DNA of 63,747 bases, the filler included, from Ministeria vibrans ATCC 50519 (Eukaryota; Protista; Filasterea), in NCBI GenBank assembly GCA_943704425.1. It is 8 parts of 8 records of this genome, joined end to end, with 100 filler letters (N's around TTAATTAATTAA, not from the genome) between each part and the next. Parts side by side here need not be neighbours in the genome. Positions count along the whole stretch, not along the records: positions 48,558 to 54,997 come from CALSCP010001003.1; positions 55,098 to 57,319 come from CALSCP010000037.1; positions 57,420 to 59,198 come from CALSCP010000070.1; positions 59,299 to 62,444 come from CALSCP010001286.1; positions 62,545 to 63,747 come from CALSCP010002709.1; 3 more parts are not named here. One strand, given 5' to 3'. Made by a program: the position numbers and the translations under genes. Below are positions 53,885 through 63,747 of the stretch, in pieces (positions within the stretch are counted from its first letter, which is position 1; each line of letters starts with the position of its first letter). Under the pieces are notes generated by a model. That model saw nothing but the letters and a program-made list of their open reading frames with translations. It ran no database searches and was not told the origin of the DNA.

Positions 53885-54799
53885 ATGTCCACTCGCGCAC
53901 TTCGACGTGTCTTGGCGCAGCAGAGCCAGGAGAAGCTCGTCGCCGCAGCCGTGGCGGCTGCTAAGGATGATGTGTCTGATGGGGACGTTGCAAGCGGCGC
54001 GTCGGAGGAGGCGAGCGACGCAGAGGGCGTGGAGACGCAGGAGAAGACGACGAAGAAGAAGAAGAAGCCGAAGAAGAAGAAGAATCAGGTTGTGAATGCG
54101 TTTGCGCTGCTTGGGGTGGGCAGTGGCGAGGAGGACGGGGCAGACGATGTGGATGCAGCGTGTGTCAGTGATGCGGAGGAGACGCACGACGCGGAGGAGG
54201 GCGAGCAGCCGCGCAAGACGACGAGCGCAGGTCGAGCGAAGAAGAAGAAGAAGAAGAAGAACAAGAGCAGGGCGCAAACCGCATCGACAACGGCGCTGGC
54301 GGCGAGCACAGCTGTGAACGACGATGACGAGGATGAAGTGGATGCGGCAATACGCGCGGTGCACGCAGAGTAAGTGTGTGCGAGACTGTTTGTGTTCTTT
54401 TGGGTTATGCAACTGAGCAATCCTTTTAGACTGGGTGGACGGCCTGCTTGGAGTGGCCAGCCGTCGGTCGAGGCGTCGGCATCAACGTCGACGAGAGTGG
54501 CGTCACTCCTGGCTATCAACGTCCGCCACTTGCACTCCGAGGCAGAGATGCGACGTCGCTTTGGTGCGGCGGTTCTCAATGCTGCCACGGGCGACGCCGC
54601 TGGTGAGGCCGACGGTGCACCACAGCTGCGAGGACGGCGTGCCCGTCAAATGCAACAGTTTCAGCGGCTACAGCAGCAGGAAGCAAGCAAGTTGAGAAGG
54701 CGCAAGATGTTTTTGGCGGTGCCCAAGGACACATGGCCTCGTGTCGTGGGCGCTGGCATCTCTATGGAGCTCGTGTCATCGCAAGGAGCCATAAGGAAG
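53885..54799 (+). CDS. TCF25: TCF25/Rqc1 ribosome quality-control protein, 5' part
   Basis: MSTRALRRV start, NAFALL, poly-K tracts, LLAINVRHLHSEAEMRRRFG, LAVPKDTWPR...ISMELV. Confidence 0.85.
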
Positions 54800-54925
54800 G
54801 TAATCATACGATCAGAGAGTTAGTTTGAGAAGGAGAGTTTGAGAGAGTTTGAGAGTTTGAGAGAGAGTTTGAGAGAGAGAGAGAGAGTTTGAGAGAGAGT
54901 TTGAGAGAGAGAGAGAGAGAGAGAG

Positions 54926-54997
<72 letters not shown>

Positions 54998-55097
54998 NNN
55001 NNNNNNNNNNNNNNNNNNNNNNNNNNNNNNNNNNNNNNNNNTTAATTAATTAANNNNNNNNNNNNNNNNNNNNNNNNNNNNNNNNNNNNNNNNNNNN

Positions 55098-57319
55098 CGC
55101 CGCCATGGACGTCTCTAGCGACCTTCCCAGCAGCGCTGCACTTGCTGTCGTTGCCGAGTCAACGACGAACAAACTCCTGCGCCCACTGCAAGAGCAAGTG
55201 ACTCGCCTCACCAAACAGCTCGCTCACACTCAACCTGATCACCGTCCACGCGACCGTCCCTCTAAGCGCCCTCGCACACCTGCAACCACGACACGCTCAA
55301 CGTCCTCTACAGCTCGTGCGCCAAAACAACACCGCCCGTCAACGATGCCATCAAAACGCTCGTCGTTCGACAACTCAAGGGCCAAGGGCGCCTCAACCTC
55401 CGGCAACGCCACTTCCATCTCGCGCGCTGCCTCAACGCGGACCCCATCAGCTGGCTCAACACGCATTACTCGGTCACACGATACACGCACGAAGGGCAAA
55501 GGACAAGCCCAACGCTCTGGACACCGTCGGAAATAGTCAACATCTTTGACATTACCGCTCGGTTCCTCTCGTCTCTCTCCTCTTCTGCTTTCGACCTACG
55601 TGTCACATCCCGACACGTCCATTTGCTACCAGCCGACGGGTCCCCCGTCTCCTCGCTCAACATCGACCGTGATCATCTGGACCTCCTTGCGTTAGGTCTC
55701 CACTTCATACCGGCTCTCGTCCCCAAACAACAACAGCAAACTGACAGCCTTGAATCGGCATTCTCTCGTCTCCGCGCCACCGTCCAACGTGCTCATCACT
55801 TCGACAACTGCGCTGACACACGCCGTTTCAAGTCACTGAAGACTCCCAAGTCCCAGTGGCTCCCACCTGCCGAGCCTGATTGCGACCGTGTCATTCTTGA
55901 CGAGCTACACGACCTTGCCTTTGACAAAGTACGCTCTATCTATGACTCTCGTGCTTCTCTCAGTCGCTCTCGGCAACCCTGTCGCGCCAATCTCAGTGCA
56001 CGCCAACACCGTGCATTGTTGTCGCTCGCCAAACGAAACGACATCATTGTCAGCGACGCTGACAAGAACCTTGGCGTTTGCGTCGTTGACAAGTCAGCAT
56101 ACCACCGTCGCGTAATGCTCCACCTCAACGACACCACCCACTACGAACGGCTCTCGCTTACACCACTGACGCCCTCCGCGGTTCTCAACACCGCCTGGAC
56201 TCGTGTCTGCAGGTTGTACACCAATACGACCTTCCTACGGTGCCTTCCAACGCTTCACGCAGATGAACTCCGCAGAAACATCTCAATGTTCATCAAAAGG
56301 CACTCAGAGAACAAGCTCGCCTCATTCCGCTTGCCACGCTTCTACATTATTCCCAAGGTTCACAAGCATCCTTGGGCTGGCAGGCCTATCGCAGCAGCCC
56401 ACTCGTACGTCACCAGCCACCCGTCTACTCTCCTCGGTCTTCTCCTGCGAGAGCACGCAATCAACAATGCCACCGTGGTCCACAATAACTACACTGCTTA
56501 TAACGATGCGCTCGCCAACACTGACTGTCACACAGTCCTGCGCAACTCGGCGCAGCTTGTGGCCCGTCTTGAAACTCTTGTCGTGCCCAACGACATCATC
56601 ATTGCCACAGCAGACGTGGAGGCTCTCTACCCGTCACTCTCGTGGCAGCTCATGCAGACCACAATTGCCGAAATCGCCGACTCCTCCCTCGGCCGTGTTG
56701 GCGTCGTCATTCAAGACTTGCTCAAACTTGTGCTCGAAAACAACATTGTCACCTACGACGACAACCTCTACTGGCAAAAACAAGGGATCCCTATGGGAAC
56801 GAACGGCGGCGTCGACATAGCCAACGCCGTTCTTCAAGTGCTTGAGCTCAAGGTCATCGCCTCGCTCATCAACAGCAACAGGTGGCCTCCCGGTTCCCTC
56901 TACAAGCGTTACGTCGACGATCTGTTTATCATTTGGAACAGCAACTCTCGCGACAGCCTAGATTACTTCCTCGACGCCCTCAGAGCAGCCTACAACGTCA
57001 ACATTGTGCTCACCGGTTTGATCACAGGTCAACCTGGCGAGCACATTGACTTCCTCGACGTCAAAGTGCTACGCTCGCCAACCGCGCTTAAACACCTTGC
57101 AGTGCAGCCACACCAGAAGCTTCTCAACAGCTACCAGTACATCCCGTACAAGAGCCTGCACCGCCGCGAAGTATTCCGCGCCTTCATCAAAGGCGAACTT
57201 ACCCGCTTCGCCACCCTGAGCACTGACGTCGCCCACTTTGCTGCGGCGTCCCAGCTCTTCTACAACCGACTCCGAGCCAGAGGCTACCCACCAGCCTTCA
57301 CGACTCGCTGTTTTGCATC
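55098..57319 (+). mobile_element. Penelope-like retroelement fragment: ORF1 (55105-55536) plus overlapping reverse transcriptase frame (55266->57319)
   Basis: LLALGLHFIP, DADKNLGVCVVDK, PRFYIIPKVHK..GRPI, TADVEALYPSL, QKQGIPMGT, YKRYVDDLFIIW, IDFLDV; thumb YQYIPYKSLH..FIKGELTRF..RLRARGYP; no introns seen. Confidence 0.9.
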
Positions 57320-57735
57320 NNNNNNNNNNNNNNNNNNNNNNNNNNNNNNNNNNNNNNNNNNNNTTAATTAATTAANNNNNNNNNNNNNNNNNNNNNNNNN
57401 NNNNNNNNNNNNNNNNNNNCCAGCTCGCCAAGACTGCCAACTGCATACCTCGTATTTCTGTCTTCTAATTACTTGCTAACGAACGATGAAAGAAATCAAA
57501 GGAAAACGTTTTTCTCAGAACACTCTTGCTTGGAACTTCCTTGCGAACTCCACATTCGCTCACACGTCTCTCTCCCTCTTGGTTAATGGTTATCAGTGTC
57601 GCCATAGATCACACCTGATACCTTACACCTACACAGGCGCACCGAGAACACCCCTCAGACTCCCCTCAGACACACGTTCTCTTTGTTTTTCTTTTCTGAA
57701 GTGCTTGGGGGTTCTTTTTTTCTTTTCTTTTTGCA

Positions 57736-59198
57736 GTTTCGTGGAAGGACGTTGAAGACAGCTCTCCTCGTGTGGATTGTCGTGATTGCGTTCTTGTGCT
57801 TGAAGCGCTTTGTAGCGTCCGACACGCCACAGTTTCAAAGTTATCCTTGGCTCATGTCGCGGCGTGACAACAACAAGAAGGCAACGGTTGCTAACGGGCC
57901 CGTTACCTTTGTAGAAGCCCGTCACTCTCCGCCTCTGCCAGCGTCACCTTTGTTGAATAACACTGAGTGCAAAGTTCGCGTTGCTATCGTTGGCTCGTCG
58001 GGCTTCATTGGATCGCGTCTGCATGTCGAGCTTGCAAAACTCCCTCGTGTGTGTGTCACAGGTTTCGACCGAGCTCCGCTTGCATTGAGCGTACCACAAG
58101 AGCTCCGGACCGTCAACATGAGCAGTCAAGCCATTCCCATGGCCACATTGCACGCCCATGACGCCGTTGTGTACCTTGGCGGGCTCACAGGACGTGCTGC
58201 CTGCGACGCGCTGCCCGACAAGGTGCAGGCAGAGAATGTTGACGATATCGTGGCGCTCGCCAAGCGCATGCGCCACCGCCAGCTGCTTGTGTTCGCGTCC
58301 ACGTCGGCACTCCTTGAAGGCTACGGCAAAAACGCTCAGACAGAGAGGGCACCCCTCTTTGAAACGCAGCTTGACTTGTACACAAGCTCGCTGAGGCGGC
58401 GTGAAGTTGCGTTGGAGGCGCTGAGCAGGCAGGCAGCCGAGACGACGCCGCGCCTTGTCGGTGTGCGCTTTGGCACAGTCGTGGGCGTGTCCCCGAGCCA
58501 ACGCAACGACTTGCTTCACATGGCGCTCGTACGCAATGCTTTTCTCAACGGCTATCTGCGTGTCACACATCCCGAGATGTATCGCGCCATGCTGTGGATC
58601 GATGACCTGGTCCGGGCACTCTCCACAATTCTGCTTACTCCCCTCGACACGATGGGCGCCTCAAAGGGACGCTTTGAGCTTTGTCGGTACCGTGTGTCGT
58701 GTGTGGCTCCCGCGATCTTATGACGGTGCTTGACCTCAAGACGCAGCCGCTGGCCAACGACTTCCGCAAGACCGCTCACGATGCCATGAAGTGCAAGCAG
58801 TATCCGTTGAAACTAATGCGCTGCCGCCAGTGTCAACACTCTCAACTAAGCCACCATGTTGACCGTCGACAACTTTTCAGTAAGTATCTCTACCGCAGCA
58901 GCACGAGCGCCACGCTGGCGGTGTACTTTGCCTGGCTTGCCAACAAGGTAGACAATGAGCGCATTCGTCCATTAATGGTGCGGGGTGAGGCAGCATCGAA
59001 GCGATTGAGTCCTTCGGTGGTTGAGATTGCATGCAACGATGGCACGCAGCTAGACAAGTTTGCCGACATTGGTTGGCGAACGTTTGGCGTTGATCCTGCG
59101 GCAAACATTGTCGAACTGGCGCGTGCCAAGGGCCATAGTGTTTTTGTGGCCTTCTGGGGTCAAGAGGATGTTGCGGGCTTGCCCGAGCCGGACGATGT
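57736..59198 (+). pseudogene. NAD-dependent epimerase/dehydratase plus NDP-sugar C-methyltransferase, out of frame at ~58680; 3' truncated
   Basis: TM anchor; VAIVGSSGFIGSRL, YLGGLTGR, FASTS, YTSSLRRRE, RFGTVVG; then in another frame CVVCGS..LDLKTQPLANDF..YPLKLMRCRQCQHSQL..YLYRSSTS..EIACNDGTQL..GVDPAAN. Confidence 0.7.
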
Positions 59199-60183
59199 NN
59201 NNNNNNNNNNNNNNNNNNNNNNNNNNNNNNNNNNNNNNNNNNTTAATTAATTAANNNNNNNNNNNNNNNNNNNNNNNNNNNNNNNNNNNNNNNNNNNNGC
59301 AGACTCCATTGGACGGCGTGGACGAGCATGCGAGTGACGAGACGCAGGAGACTTGGTCTAAAAAACAAACCAACGTCAGTCAAAACAATACGACTTATCC
59401 AATTGGCCCACGCTGTTAACATGTCACTGGCATAAAAAGGCAAAAACAGCCACCTTATGATGGCGTCTGCTTCAGCAAAGCGATAATATCGAGTTAAATG
59501 AGGGCTTATAAATTGTTGAGGGTGTGGTCGATCTGTGTGCGATCGACTCTGGTTGATTGAAGGCTCATTGAAGGGTCAAAAGCAACAAGAACACAAAATA
59601 TAACAAACAAATGGACGTATGCGGGAGCTCAGACGAAATCCCGTTGCAACTATCAAGTAGAGTATTGAAGCAGTGGCAAAACGAAGCACTCTTTAATTCG
59701 CTCAGACGAAATCTCACTTCGTCTTACTTGCGTCCTCTGTGATCACTGAACGTAAGCGACAACGGTCGCCACATGGCACAGCGGTTGGCGACACGATAGC
59801 ATGGTGCCTCAAGAGTAACAAGACGGCGCACGGGCATGCCGCAGACCGCGTTGGCGGACCCTTGCGAGCGAGGCGCTTTTGCGCGCCCGTCTTGGTGAGT
59901 ATGATAAATTTCGCCGCGACTTACTGTGAGAGTATCCAGTGGCTCCATTGGGTTGCAAGCGGGTGCACCAGTATGGGCTACAACCTTGTATGACATTGTA
60001 TCGGTTTGAGTAGGGGGAGAGGGTAAGAGAAAAAATAATGAATGAAATCGACGATAACAATAATTATTTTGAGGGATCGTATTTCATTTTTGAGGGTGAG
60101 AGAATGATTGAGTTTCTCTTTGATGATTGGAGCCACATCTCATGAAGCACAAGTAGCACAACTTACACAAGCAACACAGCAAC

Positions 60184-60233
<50 letters not shown>

Positions 60234-60521
60234 AGAAGGAGGGAGTCAGGAATGCGATTCGATTGCGAGTGGATTGCGAATGGGAATTTTCTGAACAATT
60301 TCATTGACTTGTGATTGAAGACAGTCTAAAGCTCCAAAGCAGCCGCACTGCCCCTCATTGCCCGACAAGAGCCAAAGCAAAAATTCAACGAGAGTCGCAC
60401 ACACAAGGAAAGCGCCACATCATAATCGTGGACTCTTGGTGGACTCTTGAGTCTTGAAAGTGAATGATCATAATTCATATCTTGTCAGTCACTATGATTA
60501 ACTCTTTGTGGCAGCCCCCAC

Positions 60522-60833
60522 ATGGACGTTGACGTAGCCCTTCTACAAGAGTGTCTCCGCCGCCTTGCCAGCGGCGAAGAGTTCTACTTTGACGAGCGCG
60601 AGAGAGCAGCAAGTGCGAGCAGCAGTACGACGACTGCTGCTGCTGCTGCTGCCCCTGTCCGCACTGCACAGCCACCGCACGCGCCCCCACCGCCAAAGAA
60701 GCGGGGCGACGACGAGCTGGCGCAGTTCAGCGACGACGACGGCGGCTCTGGGGAGGTGGAGCGCGCGCGACGCAAAAAGGCGCGCTTGAAACTGCTCGAG
60801 ACGGAAATCCGGCGGGACAAGGGCCTCGTGTAG
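60522..60833 (+). CDS. Hypothetical 103-aa protein
   Basis: ATG-to-stop GC-rich ORF with host-like codon usage in AT-richer flanks; no recognised motif. Confidence 0.45.
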   Translation: MDVDVALLQECLRRLASGEEFYFDERERAASASSSTTTAAAAAAPVRTAQPPHAPPPPKKRGDDELAQFSDDDGGSGEVERARRKKARLKLLETEIRRDKGLV

Positions 60834-60906
60834 ACCGGGATGGGGGCTGGGTGCGTGTGGGGTGGAATGCGATGAATAATAAAAGAAGATGTACATTGTA
60901 TGATTG

Positions 60907-62444
60907 TTACAAATCAGCGGTCAATTGTGTTTGGAGCGTTTCCTAAAATTGAGACTTGTCAGACGACACTTTGAGTGCGCGTGAGTCGGTTACCAGAGAA
61001 AACTGAGGGGCATCGAAGAACGAGAGAGAATCCAACGGAACAATCTCAGTGATACCATTTACGAGAGTTTCCATTGGGATCATTGGGGCAGTTTCTAACG
61101 GGGAATGTGCAAGACTGTCAACTTGGAGTTGCTTGAATTAGCTGTTACCGGTGTGTTGTGAGTGGAGAAGGGCAATTCGAGACACAATGGGAAACAGACA
61201 GTGCAGCTCAGCAAAAAGTACCATAAAGCGCGGCTGAAAATGACAGAGTGAGAGTGAGTATGACATAGTGAATGACAGAGTGAGTGACTATGACAAAGTG
61301 AGCGAGTATGACAGAGTGAGCGAGTATGACAGAGTGAGTGAATGGCAGAGTAAATAGGATAGAGTCAGTATGACAGAGTGAGTGAATGACAGAGTCAGTA
61401 TGACAGTATGACATTGTGAGTGAATGACAGAGTGAGTGACTATGACAAAGTGAGCGAATATGACAGAGTGAGCGAGTATGACGGAGTGAGTGAATGGCAG
61501 AGTAAATAGGATAGAGTCAATATGACAGAGTCAACATGACAGAGTGAGTGAATGGCAGAGTAAATAGGATAGAGTCAATATGACAGAGTGAGTGAATGAC
61601 AGAGTCAGTATGAAGTGAGCTACCTCGTTGTGTTTTTGGTTTGCGTATGTTTTATCAATGCAAACGCGACGGAAGAGTGCAACCGAGACCAACAGAGAGC
61701 GAAGACACTGCACAAAGCGCATGTCACACGCAAATTCAATCTAAGTGCATAGGGGGAACAGTAACAGAGAATGTGTGAGAGATGTTTTTTTTACGGGAAT
61801 GGAATGAGTGCATTTGAAGTTTGATGCAATGTCATGTAAAATGAAAGCTTAATTATTTTGGTATTGAAACGCGAGACAAAATTTGACCTTACTAGGGGCA
61901 GAGAGACGGGATTGTGAGTAAGAAGAGCGCGAAGAGATTTGACAAAGAAGACAGTGAGAGAGACGGTCCACTCGGAGTGGTGCCAAAGAGAAAGAGAGTG
62001 AGCAAGAGAGACGGAAGGAAGAGAGGAGAGGAGAGGGCGGAGAATAGGGGTGAGGGAAAGGACGGAGGGAGAAGGAGGGTGGGAGGCGGGAAAAAGGGAG
62101 TGGATGTGGAGGAGGCGGGTGAGAAGGAGGGTGTTGAGAGCGGTGGTCGAGGGAGACGGAGTGTGCGCAAGAGTGTGCGTGGCGCAGTGCAGGGCGGGCG
62201 CGTGGGCGGCGTAGGGAGTCGTGGTGAGGAAGGAGGGCAGAGAGTGCGCGATGTGGGCGCTGTGAGGGGTGGTGCTCAGGGAGACGGTGAGGTCCCACCA
62301 GGCACTGGGAGAGCGCAAGAGAGGTGCAAGAAGACCGGCGTAGTGGGTTGCAGTGTCGGAATCGCTTGTAATGGGGGATGGCGGAGGGGGTGTCCATACC
62401 AGAGTGAGATCGTCGCAACTGGCGCTGAGACTGCTGTCCACATT
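60907..62444 (-). CDS. Hypothetical multi-exon protein, 3' part
   Basis: Five exons join in frame through four GT-AG introns (..NPVSLPL|IEFACDMRF..QKHNE|PRFMVLF..HSQHT|ETAPMIP..PQFSL|ETLQTQLTADL*). Confidence 0.55.
61240..61615. repeat. Intronic minisatellite of ATGACAGAGT(G/C)AGT-type units with a higher-order GGCAGAGTAAATAGGATAGAGTC unit
   Basis: Directly visible degenerate tandem array. Confidence 0.9.
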
Positions 62445-62700
62445 NNNNNNNNNNNNNNNNNNNNNNNNNNNNNNNNNNNNNNNNNNNNTTAATTAATTAA
62501 NNNNNNNNNNNNNNNNNNNNNNNNNNNNNNNNNNNNNNNNNNNNTTAAGCTTTTCTTCCACGTCTAACTGCCCCTCTCACTTCTGAGCTCTTAAAAGAAA
62601 AAAGAGAAGTTTTTAACAAAACTTTGTCGACGGAGCTCCGCGAAGTTATCCCAATATTATAGAGTATAAAAGAAGGGAGAAAGAAAGATGGGCAAATATT

Positions 62701-62771
<71 letters not shown>

Positions 62772-62848
62772 GTGTGTGTGTGTGTGTGTGTGTGCGTGTC
62801 TGTCTGTCTTTGTGGTGTGTGCGTGTGTCATGTGTGTGTCGTGAGGAC

Positions 62849-63284
62849 TTATGAGGAGGGAAGAGGAGGGAGGGGAAGCGCAACGGCGGACGATTCAACA
62901 CTGTCGTCGGAGGTGGTGGCGGGAGGGCACTCGGGGAGCGTGACGAGGGTCTGTCGAGAAGAGCGGCGGCGGGCACTGCTGGTGGGCTCGCACACGCAGC
63001 CGTTCTCGGCGATACGGCGGTAGCAGTTGTCGTCGTCCTGGTTGCAGTGTGTCAGTTGTGCGCCAAGCACACTGTTGTTTAGCTCGACTTGAATGGTCGT
63101 GTGGTGAATAGAGTAGATGGAGCACAGAATGTCCCTGCAACAGAGTGAGATATGAGCGATTGACTGAGAGACCAGTGGGTGCTTACTGTGCGGCCTTGAG
63201 CAGTTGGTCATGTGTGCGCGTCCCGTCAGAGGACAGGTGCACTGCAAGTGCAGTCTTACCCACCGTCAACGACCAAATGTGCAG
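62849..63284 (-). CDS. Cation diffusion facilitator (ZnT/SLC30-type zinc transporter), last two exons
   Basis: LHIWSLTVGKTALAVHL and, after a GT-AG intron, YSIHHTTIQVE: the CDF C-terminal domain signature. Confidence 0.82.
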
Positions 63285-63406
63285 CTAAAAACGCCAAAAA
63301 CGAAAAAAAAAAATAAGAATGAGAAAAATAATAATAATAATAATAAAACAGAAAGAAAAAGAGAGAAATTAAATAGAGAGAGACAAAGAAAAAGAGAGAA
63401 ATTAAG

Positions 63407-63747
<341 letters not shown>

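Noticed and set aside
59299-60000. Short hairpin, a GCTCAGACGAAATC direct repeat and strong minus-strand splice donors
   Set aside because: No hammerhead core or RNA family recognisable; it may be the 5' end of a truncated gene, but I cannot support a model.
61240-61615. Regular array superficially like a CRISPR
   Set aside because: No unique spacers, units are degenerate, the context is a eukaryotic intron, and there are no cas genes.

Overview
Eukaryotic nuclear DNA from a gene-dense, intron-rich, microsatellite-rich protist. The gene content (integrin beta, TM2D2, ARHGAP29/45-type RhoGAP, SH2 protein, NELF-B, ABCH) suggests a unicellular holozoan or other obazoan, but this is inferred and not tested. 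The window is not contiguous: seven artificial 100-nt spacers (44 N + TTAATTAATTAA + 44 N) join eight contigs (1-12669, 12770-41772, 41873-48457, 48558-54997, 55098-57319, 57420-59198, 59299-62444, 62545-63747). About 25 genes were reconstructed by eye, most of them spliced; every intron checked was GT-AG. Four observations stand out. (1) An integrin beta chain carries an N-terminal extension of three bacterial-style H-type-lectin-like repeats plus TNFR/EGF/furin-like Cys repeats. (2) A 386-aa intein with a degenerate LAGLIDADG endonuclease sits in RNA polymerase II subunit RPB2. (3) A Penelope-like retroelement has an RT frame with no usable AUG, overlapping an upstream ORF in the -1 frame. 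(4) An FAD monooxygenase is fused to a DUF4166-like domain. Also notable are a Notch-like EGF/SEA receptor next to TM2D2, and a 26-bp motif dispersed beside intronic (CT)n tracts. All family assignments come from motif recognition; no database searches were run.
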